A stretch of 64,000 nucleotides of DNA from Dehalococcoidia bacterium (GCA_009379925.1 WHSU01000003.1:10160-74159); one strand, 5' to 3'; counted from the first letter of the stretch, positions 21,758 through 32,788 are shown. The notes: generated by a model not told the origin, from the letters alone. Numbers and translations: made by a program.

Positions 21758-23029
21758 CTATCGCCCCGGACCGCGTTGCAGCGCGGCCGCCGCGGGGCCC
21801 TCGGCGCCCGAGCCGAGGACACGCGCGAGGTCGTCCCGGCGCTTGATAGTGTAGGTGTACACGCCGCCCGCGGTGAGCGTGCTGTAGACGTCGAGCGTGC
21901 TCCGCGAGGCGCCAAACGTGTCCGCCTCCAACAGCACGGCGGCGACCTTCACGCCGCGCCCGCCGAGCGACATCAGCGTCAGCGCCCAGTCCTCGCGGGC
22001 GGACGGGGTGACGACGACCACGGTGGTGTGCCGCCCGAAGCGTCGGGACTCCTCCAGCAGCAGGTTCGTCAACGGGACATCGCCCGAGGCGCGCGCGAGC
22101 GCGAGCGACTCCAGGATGCGCGTGAAGTGGTTGGCGCCGCGGTCCGGGTCGTCGATGCGGAGGTCGCCGCCGAACGACATCAGCCCCACGGAGCGGTTCG
22201 CGTTCAGGAAGTACCGGGCCACCGAGGCGCAGATGCTGACGGCCGCTTCCTCGGTGCTGTCCTCGCCCTCGCCGGCGTGCTCGCTGCGCTCCAGGTCCAG
22301 CACGATCCAGATGTCGGAGGCGGGGTCCAACTCGAACAGCTTCACCATCGGCTGGCCGGTGCGTGCGGTCGCCGGCCAGTGGATGCGGTTGTACGAGTCA
22401 CCGGGCGAGTATGGCCGGATCCCGGCGACGTTGGGCGTGACGTTGTGAGTGCGGCGACGGAAGCGGCCCTCGCCGGGGAGGTTGGCCGGCGGGATGTAGA
22501 AGTTCGGCAGCTCCGGGGCGTTCGGGTACACGAGGATGTGCGCCACCTCGCCGAAGGTGCGGCTCACACGGAAGAACCCGAAGGGGTCCGCCGCCGTCAC
22601 CGTGACCGGGCCCAGCTCGTACAACCCCCGCACTCGCGTGGGCGTGCGGTACGACCACGCGGCCACGCCGCGCGACCCGAGCGTGATCACGCGCTGCGAG
22701 GAGTGCCCCGGCACGGACGAGAGGTCCTCTACCTCCAGCCAGACCTTCGGCAGCCAGGAACGTGAACGGACGACGACGCGCCCTTCCAGCGACTGGCCCT
22801 GCGTGACGCGGTGCGTGCGGCGCGTGACATCCACCTCCACGTCGTCCGCCATCGCGCGCGTCCAGAAGAAGAGCAGCGGAATGGCGAACGCCACGGCGTA
22901 GGCGACGCGGAAGAGGAGCCAGAAGCCGGTGGCGAAGCCCACGACCACACAGACCACAGCGACGACACCGGCGAGCAGCGCGTTGTGGTAGCGCTGTGCC
23001 CATACCGTGAAGCGGGTGAGGCGGTCCAC
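21758..23029 (-). CDS. DUF58 domain protein (module 2)
   Basis: Two N-terminal TM helices, then VAGIRPYSPGDSYNRIHWPATARTGQPMVKLFELD (DUF58 signature). Confidence 0.85.
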   Translation of the reverse strand: MDRLTRFTVWAQRYHNALLAGVVAVVCVVVGFATGFWLLFRVAYAVAFAIPLLFFWTRAMADDVEVDVTRRTHRVTQGQSLEGRVVVRSRSWLPKVWLEVEDLSSVPGHSSQRVITLGSRGVAAWSYRTPTRVRGLYELGPVTVTAADPFGFFRVSRTFGEVAHILVYPNAPELPNFYIPPANLPGEGRFRRRTHNVTPNVAGIRPYSPGDSYNRIHWPATARTGQPMVKLFELDPASDIWIVLDLERSEHAGEGEDSTEEAAVSICASVARYFLNANRSVGLMSFGGDLRIDDPDRGANHFTRILESLALARASGDVPLTNLLLEESRRFGRHTTVVVVTPSAREDWALTLMSLGGRGVKVAAVLLEADTFGASRSTLDVYSTLTAGGVYTYTIKRRDDLARVLGSGAEGPAAAALQRGPGR

Positions 23030-23045
23030 GCCCGGCCGCGCCGGC

Positions 23046-24023
23046 CTACGCGCCGCCCCGCGCCCGGACGCCCGGGACGGGGACGCGCTCGATGCACTCG
23101 TCGACGATCTGGCCGCTGTCGATGTCGCGGACGCGCGCGCCCGGGCTGACGATGATGCGGTGGCCCAGCGTGGGATACGCGAGCAGCTTCACGTCGTCCG
23201 GCTGCACAAAGTCGCGGCCGTCCAGCATGGCGTACGCCTGCGTCGCGCGCATGAGCGCCAGCGAACCGCGCGGCGACGACCCCAGGTAGACACTCTCGTG
23301 GTCACGCGTCGCGTTCACCAGGCTGACGATGTACTGCTTGATCAGCGGGTCGACATACACCTCGCGCACCGCGCCCTGCAGCTCCAGCACCTCTCCCGCG
23401 GTGGTCACCTCCGCCAGCGTGTCGATCGGGTGGCGCGTCTGCTGTGCGTCCATGACCAGCACCTCGTCGGTGGAGGACGGATAGCCCAAGTGGAGCCGCA
23501 GGAAGAAGCGGTCGAGCTGTGCCTCCGGCAGCGGGAACGTGCCCTCGTACTCGATCGGGTTCTGCGTCGCCATCACCATGAAGGGCTGGGGCAGGATGTG
23601 GGTGATGCCATCTACCGTAACCTGGTGCTCCTCCATGGCCTCCAGGAGGGCGGACTGGGTCTTTGGCGTCGCGCGGTTCACCTCGTCCGCCAGGACGATC
23701 TGCGCCACCACGGGCCCGGCACGGAACTCGAAGCCGCCCGTTTGCTGCTGGTAGATCGACACGCCCGTGACGTCAGAGGGCAGCAGGTCCGGGGTGAACT
23801 GGATACGCGAGAACCGGCATCCAGTGGAGGCAGCGAGGGCGCGGGCGAGCATCGTTTTCCCGACGCCCGGCACGTCCTCGATCAGCAGATGGCCGCCGCA
23901 CAACAGCGTGATCAGCGCGAGCCGCGCCTCGTGGGTCTTGCCGATGATCACCCGCTCGACGTTGTCGAGGATGCGCTCGGCAGTGAGCTTCGGATCCTCC
24001 AAGGAGCCCTCCCCGCGCTGCAA
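23046..24023 (-). CDS. MoxR-family AAA+ ATPase (module 2)
   Basis: [69 protein letters not shown]. Confidence 0.9.
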   Translation of the reverse strand: MQRGEGSLEDPKLTAERILDNVERVIIGKTHEARLALITLLCGGHLLIEDVPGVGKTMLARALAASTGCRFSRIQFTPDLLPSDVTGVSIYQQQTGGFEFRAGPVVAQIVLADEVNRATPKTQSALLEAMEEHQVTVDGITHILPQPFMVMATQNPIEYEGTFPLPEAQLDRFFLRLHLGYPSSTDEVLVMDAQQTRHPIDTLAEVTTAGEVLELQGAVREVYVDPLIKQYIVSLVNATRDHESVYLGSSPRGSLALMRATQAYAMLDGRDFVQPDDVKLLAYPTLGHRIIVSPGARVRDIDSGQIVDECIERVPVPGVRARGGA

Positions 24024-24247
24024 AGCCAGTCGCGCTGACGCCGCGGCGACGGCCGTGTCTGTGGGGCACGGCGCTCACGCGTCAACCCGGTGCCATGGTG
24101 GGACCCCTCCCCGCGCGCCACACCGCGGGAGATTGACTGCAGTATAACAGGTCGGCACCGCCCTTCGAGGGGTCGCGGAGGCGGCCAAGGGATGCCTCCG
24201 TTACCATCGGCATCGGAGCGCTCCTGCCCGCGCGAGAATGGGTCCCT

Positions 24248-25408
24248 GTGACGGACACCCCCTCGGATCGGCCACGCCCCTGGCACGCCCGGCCCGAATT
24301 CCGCATCGCGGCCCTGGTGACCGCCGTCCTGCTGCTGACGGGCGCTGTCGCATGGTCGACCCAGCGAGGTGGTGGCGACGGCCTCGGTGACCTGGTGGTC
24401 GCCGCCGCCGGCACCGCTGCCCCGGTCCCCACATCCACGCCTTCCGGCACCGCGGACGACCCCATCTCCTCGACCGACACGCCCTCACCCAGCCCAACCA
24501 CCGAGGCGTCCCCGGGCGCCTCCGCTTCCGCCACCGCCTCCGCCACCCCGATCCCGACCTCCACCTCGTCCGCCGTCGAGACGGCGACCGCGACCGTCGA
24601 GCCTGCGCCGGCCATCGATGTGCGCCTGCAGCCGGAGGCCGCGGGTCTCGGCGAGACAGCCATCGTGCGGGCGCAGATCGCCGGCGCCAGTAGCCTCACG
24701 CTGCGCTTCCAGGGCCAGGCCTACCCGATGATGGCGAACGGCGATGGCAGCTTCTGGGCGATCGTCGGTGTACCCCTCAACGCGGCGACCGGCCAGGACA
24801 CGCTTACGGTCACGGCCCGCGACGCGGCCGGCACGCCCGTCGCCGAACGCGCCCTGCTCTACGACGTCGTACCCGTCGAGCGGCCTGTCGACCAGCTCCA
24901 GTTGACCGAGGAGGAAGGCTCCGTCCTGACGCCGGAGGCGGGCGCCCTGGAGCTCCAGTTACGCAGTCAGCAGTTCACGCAATTCGACCCCGGCCGGCGC
25001 TGGGATGGCCTGATGCGCCAGCCCGTGGCCGGCGTGATGACGACGCAGTTCGGCCAGGGTCGATCCATCAACGGCGGCCCCGTGGGCGGCTTCCACACAG
25101 GAACGGACCTCGCCAACGAACTGGGCACACCCGTCGCGGCGGCCGCCCCCGGCCGCGTGTCCTGGGCCGGCGAAATGCCCATCCGAGGCAACGCGGTCAT
25201 CATCGACCACGGCGCCGGCGTCAAGACGGGCTACCACCACCTGGACTCGATCGTCGTCGAGGTCGGCCAGTCGGTCGGCGCCGGCGACATCATCGGCCTC
25301 ATGGGCTCCACCGGTCTCTCGACGGGCCCCCACCTGCACTGGGAACTGACGATCTACGGCGTCAACGTGGACCCGATGACCTGGACGAAGGTCGACTTCG
25401 CACCCTGA
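24248..25408 (+). CDS. M23 family metallopeptidase, membrane-anchored with a Pro/Thr/Ser-rich linker
   Basis: GFHTGTDLA (HxxxD), GNAVIIDHGAGVKTGYHHL and GSTGLSTGPHLHWE (HxH). GTG start at 24248. One N-terminal TM helix. Confidence 0.9.
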   Translation: MTDTPSDRPRPWHARPEFRIAALVTAVLLLTGAVAWSTQRGGGDGLGDLVVAAAGTAAPVPTSTPSGTADDPISSTDTPSPSPTTEASPGASASATASATPIPTSTSSAVETATATVEPAPAIDVRLQPEAAGLGETAIVRAQIAGASSLTLRFQGQAYPMMANGDGSFWAIVGVPLNAATGQDTLTVTARDAAGTPVAERALLYDVVPVERPVDQLQLTEEEGSVLTPEAGALELQLRSQQFTQFDPGRRWDGLMRQPVAGVMTTQFGQGRSINGGPVGGFHTGTDLANELGTPVAAAAPGRVSWAGEMPIRGNAVIIDHGAGVKTGYHHLDSIVVEVGQSVGAGDIIGLMGSTGLSTGPHLHWELTIYGVNVDPMTWTKVDFAP

Positions 25409-25413
25409 ACGTG

Positions 25414-25433
25414 CCACCCGTTCGTGGTGAGCG
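25414..25433. repeat. Short copy of the 'ctcaccacgaacgg' repeat unit (reverse orientation)
   Basis: ccacccgttcgtggtgagcg is the reverse complement of the cgctcaccacgaacgg units seen at 29332-29391. Confidence 0.5.
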
Positions 25434-25444
25434 TATCCACCCGA

Positions 25445-25466
25445 GGGGCGCAAGGCCTTGCGTCCC
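25445..25466. terminator. GC-rich hairpin between convergent genes (candidate bidirectional terminator-like structure)
   Basis: ggggcgcaa-ggcc-ttgcgtccc forms a 9-bp stem (one G-U pair) with a 4-nt loop between the M23 stop (25408) and the rsmE stop (25466). There is no U-tract, so its function is uncertain. Confidence 0.3.
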
Positions 25467-26179
25467 TACGAAGCGGGGGATCCGCCCTCTAGAGCCTCAA
25501 TCAGCCGGGCCAGGCCGGCGACGGCCGCGGTCTCTACACGGAGCGTCCGCAGGCCGAGCGAGACGAACCGCGCGCCATCCGCGCGAAAGCGCGCCCGCTC
25601 CTGGTCGCTCCAGCCGCCCTCCGGGCCCACGTACAGCACCGCGGCGGGGGAGTCGTGGGCATCCGCCGCGGCCTCTCCGAGGGGCAGCGCGGCGGCTGGA
25701 TCCGCGACGAACCCACAGGCGTCCTCGGGGAGCGCGCCTCCGAGCACGGGCAGCGTCGCTCGGCCGCATTGCTCCGCCGCCTCAACGGCGATGCGCCGCC
25801 ACCGCTCGAGGCGTCCGTCGCCCGGCGCCAGCACCGCGCGTTCGGCTTCCAGCGGCACGATCTGCGCCGCTCCCAGCTCGGTGGCCTTCTCGACCACCCA
25901 GTCCCCGCGCTGTCCGCGCGGAAACGCGCACGCGAGGGTCACCGGGACGCGGCACTCCGCCAGCGCCTCGACCGCCTCGTGGAGCCTGAGCGTCACCTCG
26001 GCGCGGGTGATCTGCTCGATGCTCGCGCGGCGCTCGGAACCGGCGCCGTCGAAGACGTGCAGTGTGGCGCCCGCGCGCAAGCGCCAGACGGAGGCCACCC
26101 GGTGCGCCTCATCGCCCCGCAGCACCAGCGGTCCGTCCGGCGGCCACCCGTCGAGGACACAAAGGCGGCGCAGCGACAC
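25466..26179 (-). CDS. rsmE: 16S rRNA (uracil1498-N3)-methyltransferase
   Basis: DGWPPDGPLVLRGDEAHRVASVWRLRAGATLHVFDGAG..., the FPRGQRGDWVVEKATELGA pattern and the GPEGGWS motif. GTG at 26179, 4 nt after the prmA stop. The track ORF is extended to 26353. Confidence 0.85.
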   Translation of the reverse strand: MSLRRLCVLDGWPPDGPLVLRGDEAHRVASVWRLRAGATLHVFDGAGSERRASIEQITRAEVTLRLHEAVEALAECRVPVTLACAFPRGQRGDWVVEKATELGAAQIVPLEAERAVLAPGDGRLERWRRIAVEAAEQCGRATLPVLGGALPEDACGFVADPAAALPLGEAAADAHDSPAAVLYVGPEGGWSDQERARFRADGARFVSLGLRTLRVETAAVAGLARLIEALEGGSPAS

Positions 26180-26183
26180 CAGG

Positions 26184-27134
26184 TCAGGCTGCCCGCGCGG
26201 CGACGAGGCAGCGCCAATCGCCCTCGCCGTCGACACGGATGGTGCGCAGGCCCTGACGCTCCGAGGCAGCGACGACCTCGGCCTCCGACGCGGCCATGAA
26301 GCCGCTGGCAAGCAGCAACCCGCCGGGCCGCAGCGCGCGGGCGATGTCCGCAAGCATGCCGGTCACGACCGTCGAGGAGATGTTGGCGACCACCAGCCCG
26401 GCGCACCGTACCGGCGGCGACGAGCCCCACGGCCAGGCTTCGCCCAGCGAACCCGCGGCCGCCAGCACCCGGCCGGCCACGCCGTTGCGCGCCGCGTTCT
26501 CCCGCGCCACCTCGACGGTCGAGCCGTCGATGTCGATGGCGCGCACGCGGGCCGCGCCCAGCTTGGCGGCGGCCACCGCCAGGATGCCCGACCCCGCGCC
26601 GATATCCAGCACCTCGACGCCGGGGCGCAGGTGCCGCTCGATGGCGGCGAGGCAGAGGCGGGTCGTCTCGTGCTGGCCGGTGCCGAAGGCGGTGCCCGGG
26701 TCGAGTTCCACCACGACCTCCCCGGGGGCCGGCTGGTAGCGCTCCCACGAGGGCCGCACCACAATCCGCTTCCCGATGTGCTGTACGGAGTAGAAGCGCT
26801 TCCACTCCTCCGCCCAGTCCTCCGGCGCGACCTCCGCGTAGTGGAGCGGCGGCAGCGGGGCCGTCAACGGCAGCGCCGTCAGCCTCGCGCGCAGCGCCCG
26901 ACGCTGACGCGGCTCGAACGGGGCGGCGAGGTAGGCGCGCACGGCGGAGGGGGCGGCGGTCTCTCGGTACTCGAAGTCGGCTTCGTCCGACACCTCGATG
27001 GCGGGTTCGACGGCGACGCCGCCTGCCGCCAGGTCCTCCAGGACCGCGCTCACGAGGTCGACATCGGCGGGCGCGACGCGGGCGGTGACTTCCACCCAGC
27101 GCTCGTCGCTCTCTCGGTGGGCGGGCTGGGCCAT
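26184..27134 (-). CDS. prmA: Ribosomal protein L11 methyltransferase
   Basis: LDPGTAFGTGQHETTRLCL and VLDIGAGSGILAVAAAKLGA (SAM-binding motif). Confidence 0.9.
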   Translation of the reverse strand: MAQPAHRESDERWVEVTARVAPADVDLVSAVLEDLAAGGVAVEPAIEVSDEADFEYRETAAPSAVRAYLAAPFEPRQRRALRARLTALPLTAPLPPLHYAEVAPEDWAEEWKRFYSVQHIGKRIVVRPSWERYQPAPGEVVVELDPGTAFGTGQHETTRLCLAAIERHLRPGVEVLDIGAGSGILAVAAAKLGAARVRAIDIDGSTVEVARENAARNGVAGRVLAAAGSLGEAWPWGSSPPVRCAGLVVANISSTVVTGMLADIARALRPGGLLLASGFMAASEAEVVAASERQGLRTIRVDGEGDWRCLVAARAA

Positions 27135-27137
27135 CGG

Positions 27138-28265
27138 TCAGGCGAACGCGTCTCGGATGCGGTCGAAGATGGAACCGCCGCCCTGGCGGCCGTCCTCCGG
27201 AATCTCCGGGACACCCAGGGAGGCCGCGAGTTGCTGGATCAGTTCCTTTTGCTCGTCCGACAGCTTCGTCGGCGTCACCACGTGGGTGCGTACCAGCAGG
27301 TCGCCGCGTCCCGCACCTCGGAGGTGGGGTACGCCCTTGCCGCGCACCACATGGACCTCCCCGTGCTGCGTGCCGGGCTTCAACTCCAGCTCGATCTCCT
27401 CGCCGTCGAGCGTCGGCACCTCCACCGTCGCGCCGAGGGCGGCCTGCGCGATGTTCAGCGGGAGGTCGTACACGAGGTCGGTCTCGACGCGCTTGAACTG
27501 CTCGTGCGGACGCACGCTCAGTTCGACGTAGAGGTGGCCCGCGGGCCCGCCGCGCTGCCCAGCGTCGCCCTCGCCCGAGAGCCGCACCTGCGCGCCGCTG
27601 TCCACGCCGCCAGGGATCTTCACGCTGCGCACGACCTCAGCGCGTCGGTTCCCGCGGCCGCGGCAGGTCTTGCAGGCGTCGGTGACCACCGTACCCTCGC
27701 CGCGGCAGCGCGGGCAGGTGGCGACGTTCACGAACTGGCCGAAGAGCGACTGCTGGACGCGACGCAGCTCGCCGTTCCCGTCGCAGTCCGGACACTTGCC
27801 GCGAGGCTGGGCGTTGGCCTGCCCGGTCGCACGGCAGTCCGGGCACGCCTCGGTGCGCTCGTACGTGATCTCCTTCTCGGTGCCGAACACGGCCTCCTCG
27901 AAGGTGATCACCAGCTGGGCAGCCAGGTCCGAGCCGCGCTGCGGTCCGGCGCGGCGTGTCGCCGTGCCGCGGAAGAACGCATCGAAGATGTCGCCGAAGC
28001 CGCCGAAGGAGTCGAAGCCGGAGAAGCCCTGGGCGCCGCCGTTCACGCCGCCCATGCCGAAGCGGTCGTACTTCGAGCGCTTCTCCGGGTCGGACAGCAC
28101 GTCGTACGCCGCGTTGATCTGCTTGAAGCGCGCCTCGGCGTCGTCCGACTTGTTGCGGTCGGGGTGGTACTCCATCGCCAGCTTGCGATAGGCGCGCTTC
28201 AGCTCGTCCGCCGAAGCGTCGCGCGAAACACCCAGAACGTCGTAGAGGTCGGTTTGCGTAGTCAT
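27138..28265 (-). CDS. dnaJ: Molecular chaperone DnaJ
   Basis: J domain [33 protein letters not shown], a G/F region, and four CxxCxGxG zinc-finger repeats. Confidence 0.95.
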   Translation of the reverse strand: MTTQTDLYDVLGVSRDASADELKRAYRKLAMEYHPDRNKSDDAEARFKQINAAYDVLSDPEKRSKYDRFGMGGVNGGAQGFSGFDSFGGFGDIFDAFFRGTATRRAGPQRGSDLAAQLVITFEEAVFGTEKEITYERTEACPDCRATGQANAQPRGKCPDCDGNGELRRVQQSLFGQFVNVATCPRCRGEGTVVTDACKTCRGRGNRRAEVVRSVKIPGGVDSGAQVRLSGEGDAGQRGGPAGHLYVELSVRPHEQFKRVETDLVYDLPLNIAQAALGATVEVPTLDGEEIELELKPGTQHGEVHVVRGKGVPHLRGAGRGDLLVRTHVVTPTKLSDEQKELIQQLAASLGVPEIPEDGRQGGGSIFDRIRDAFA

Positions 28266-28353
28266 CGAATCTCGATGTTACCAATCATCGCCGTCTTAAG
28301 CCGACAGGTGTTCGCGTAGTTCTTCGCCGAGGGGTTTCCTGGGTGGGATCCGG

Positions 28354-28456
28354 CTCCGACGGGCTCAGCCTGAGTGTTTGGATGTCGACCGCCTGAGCGT
28401 GTCGATGAGGATGTCGCGTACATCCGCTCACCCTGAGCCCGTCGAAGCGTGGGCGG
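28354..28456. repeat. Cluster of degenerate plus one intact copy of the dispersed 'CCTGAGCCNGTCGAAGG' palindromic repeat
   Basis: cgacgggctcag / cctgagtgtttggatg / cgcctgagcgtgtcgatgagg / ccgctcaccctgagcccgtcgaagcgtgggcgg (28424-28456). Intergenic, upstream of dnaJ. Confidence 0.8.
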
Positions 28457-28475
28457 CCCGGTCCGAGGCACACAC

Positions 28476-29213
28476 CTACTCCAACAGGTTCGCGCGCAAC
28501 GCATCAAGGGTCGACCCCGGGACGCCGTGTGCTTCCGCGAAGCCGGCGGCGCCGCCGTACTCGGCCTGCATGTGGTCCATGAACACCTCGATCGCATCCA
28601 GGGGCACATCCATCGAGCGGCGCAGGTCCTCGCGGGCGGCCGCGTCACGGGCACGCTCCTCGGCGACACGGCCGTTGGCGACCAGCCACTCGAGGCCCCG
28701 GTCGACATCGATGTTGGTCAGCGCGTAGTCGGCCACGATCGTCTCGCGGTCGACGCCGAGGATGTCGAGCACCAGGGCCGTGAGGGTGCCCGTGCGGTCC
28801 TTCCCCGCGCGGCAGTGCACCACGGCCGGGTAGTTCGACTCGTCCGCCAGCAGTCGCAGCGCCTCGACGAACCGCTCCGCGCCGTACTCAAGATAGCCGA
28901 CATAACGAGGACCGGAGATCCCGCGTCCGTAGCGCGCATCGAGCAGCTCCGAGCTGCCTTCGGGCAGGATCGGGACGTGGTAGTAGCGGACGCCGTCGCC
29001 GTCCAGCAGCGGGCCGCGCGCCTCCGCCAGCTCCTCCGGCCGCCGCAGGTCGAGCACCGAAGCGATACCCAACCCCGCCGCGCGCTGGCCGTCCGCGGCG
29101 GTCATGTCGTGCAGGGCGCCGCTGCGAAAGTAGCGTCCCCAGCGGACGTGCCGGCCATCGGCTGCCACGTGCCCGCCGATGTCCCGGAAGTTGAAGCACG
29201 CCTCGAACGGCAC
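28476..29213 (-). CDS. Protein tyrosine/serine phosphatase, Y_phosphatase3-like (paralog 1)
   Basis: FEACFNFRDIGG and the CX5R P-loop HCRAGKDRTG. The start is assigned to the in-frame GTG at 29213 by alignment with the paralog's MQRHIDFEQVFNFRDLGG. The track ORF's first 87 codons (to 29474) read through repeat DNA. Confidence 0.8.
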   Translation of the reverse strand: MPFEACFNFRDIGGHVAADGRHVRWGRYFRSGALHDMTAADGQRAAGLGIASVLDLRRPEELAEARGPLLDGDGVRYYHVPILPEGSSELLDARYGRGISGPRYVGYLEYGAERFVEALRLLADESNYPAVVHCRAGKDRTGTLTALVLDILGVDRETIVADYALTNIDVDRGLEWLVANGRVAEERARDAAAREDLRRSMDVPLDAIEVFMDHMQAEYGGAAGFAEAHGVPGSTLDALRANLLE

Positions 29214-29263
29214 ATGCCGCTGGGCGAAGTCCGGCGGGACGGGTCCAGCGCCTGAATCGCGAT

Positions 29264-29398
29264 CCCGTTCGCCCTGAGCCTGTCGAAGGGCTGGCGGGGG
29301 CGCCTTGGTGTCCCGGCCACGTGGTTCGACAGGCTCACCACGAACGGAGGGGATGCCCTCCCCACGAACGGAAGAAGGCTCACCACGAGCGAGGGAGG
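29264..29398. repeat. Inverted pair of the dispersed repeat core followed by tandem degenerate 'caccacgaacgg' units
   Basis: cccgttcgccctgagcctgtcgaagggctgg (29264-29294) faces ggttcgacaggctcaccacgaacgg (29323-29347). These are followed by ccccacgaacgga and ggctcaccacgagcga. Confidence 0.8.
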
Positions 29399-29421
29399 CT
29401 CCCGACGATCCGCCGGCGGCG

Positions 29422-30153
29422 TCACGCCGGCGCGTCCAGCAGCAGCCGGCACATCGAGTCGAACGTATCGTCACTCACGCCGTACCGGCGGAGGTAGCCA
29501 CGCGCCCCACCGTGCTCGGCGTCCAACACGTCCAGCATCTCGGCCATCGCGGACGGCGAGACACCGAGGGCCGGGTTGGTCGGTTCGTCGTCGCGGATCA
29601 CACCGCGCGCGCGGAGCCGCTCGACCAGCGTGTCCATGTGGCGCTGGCTCTCGCTGTAGTCCTCGATGACCGTGTCCCGGTCGACGCCGAGGGCCCCGAG
29701 GACGAGCGCGGCGAGGACGCCGGTGCGGTCCTTGCCGGTGACGCAGTGGAAGAGCGCGGGGTAGGCTTCCTCGCGGGCGAGCAGGCGCGTGGCCTCCGCC
29801 CACATCGGGCCGTACTGCTGCAGCATCCCGACGTAGCCGGGGATCCACTCGCCCGACTCGCGGGCGGCGTACTTGCTGTTGGCGTCACCCATCGGGAAGT
29901 GGTGCCGGACGATGCCCTCGTGGATGAAGGGCCCGAACCCGCGCGGATGGTTGGCCTCGCCCTCGCTGCGCAGGTCGATCACGGTGGCGATGCCGAAGTC
30001 GGCCCGGCAGCGTTGCGCTTCCTCCGGCGACATGCGTTGCAGTTCGGCAGAGCGGAAGAGCCGCCGCCAGCGCACCTGGCGGCCATCCGAGGTGAGATAG
30101 CCGCCCAGGTCGCGGAAGTTGAACACCTGCTCGAAGTCGATGTGACGCTGCAC
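29422..30153 (-). CDS. Protein tyrosine/serine phosphatase, Y_phosphatase3-like (paralog 2)
   Basis: MQRHIDFEQVFNFRDLGG and the CX5R P-loop FHCVTGKDRTG. It is collinear with paralog 1 along its length. Confidence 0.85.
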   Translation of the reverse strand: MQRHIDFEQVFNFRDLGGYLTSDGRQVRWRRLFRSAELQRMSPEEAQRCRADFGIATVIDLRSEGEANHPRGFGPFIHEGIVRHHFPMGDANSKYAARESGEWIPGYVGMLQQYGPMWAEATRLLAREEAYPALFHCVTGKDRTGVLAALVLGALGVDRDTVIEDYSESQRHMDTLVERLRARGVIRDDEPTNPALGVSPSAMAEMLDVLDAEHGGARGYLRRYGVSDDTFDSMCRLLLDAPA

Positions 30154-30170
30154 GCGGCCTCACCCCCCAG

Positions 30171-30199
30171 CCCCCTCTCCACATCACGTGGAGAGGGGG
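30171..30199. other. Perfect 12-bp GC-rich hairpin between the dnaK stop and the phosphatase start
   Basis: ccccctctccac-atcac-gtggagaggggg. No flanking U/T tract. Same sequence class as 59909-59935. Confidence 0.6.
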
Positions 30200-30226
30200 A
30201 GTAAGACACCTGGAGGGCAGGCCGCG

Positions 30227-32134
<1,908 letters not shown>

Positions 32135-32212
32135 CTGTCACACCTCTCCGCTTGCAGCGGCGTCTGTTCGGATATTGTGGCGCGGTCGTCCGCGGCGGAC
32201 GGCCTGGACGCC

Positions 32213-32788
32213 TCAGTTCGAGGCGCCCGCGGCGTCCTCGCCGTTGCCCACCAGCACCATGGCTGGCCGTACCACGCGGTCGTTCATCGTGAAGCCCGCG
32301 TGGACCAGTTGCACCACCTGGCCCTCCGGCCCCGGCGCGTAGCTCACGGCCTCGTGTACCTGCGGGTCGAAGGACTTGCCCAGCGCTTCGACCTCTCGCA
32401 CTCCCATCGACTCCAGGACGCCCCAGAACTTCTGGCGCACCAGCCGCACACCCTCCACGAAGCCCTCGTCCGCCGCGCTGTCGACGGCGTCCAGGGCGCG
32501 GTTGAGATCGTCGAGCACCGGGAGGAAGTTCAGTACCAGCGCGACCTGGGCGTGCCGCGTGTACTCCGCGCGCTCCTGCTGGGAGCGGCGCTGGAGGTTC
32601 TGGTAATCGGCGGCGGCCCGCAGGTGCTGGCGCCGCGCCTCCTCCAGTTCCGCCCGCAATCCCTCGATGGTCGCCGCGTCGTCCTCGGGTGCGCCGTCGG
32701 TGGCCGTCTCGTCGCGCGCTTCGGGCGGCGCTGCGTCCTCTGGCGCCACATCGTCGGCCGCGCGGTCGAAGGGTTGGCGTTCCGTCAT
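32213..32788 (-). CDS. grpE: Nucleotide exchange factor GrpE
   Basis: LRAAADYQNLQRRSQQE and FDPQVHEAV...; located between hrcA and dnaK. Confidence 0.9.
   Translation of the reverse strand: MTERQPFDRAADDVAPEDAAPPEARDETATDGAPEDDAATIEGLRAELEEARRQHLRAAADYQNLQRRSQQERAEYTRHAQVALVLNFLPVLDDLNRALDAVDSAADEGFVEGVRLVRQKFWGVLESMGVREVEALGKSFDPQVHEAVSYAPGPEGQVVQLVHAGFTMNDRVVRPAMVLVGNGEDAAGASN

Noticed and set aside
25458-28319. 953-aa plus-strand ORF spanning 2.9 kb
   Set aside because: It lies antisense to rsmE, prmA and dnaJ, all of which have unmistakable conserved motifs. Its translation is Arg/Ala/Gly/Pro low-complexity, which is typical of a shadow ORF in about 70% GC DNA.
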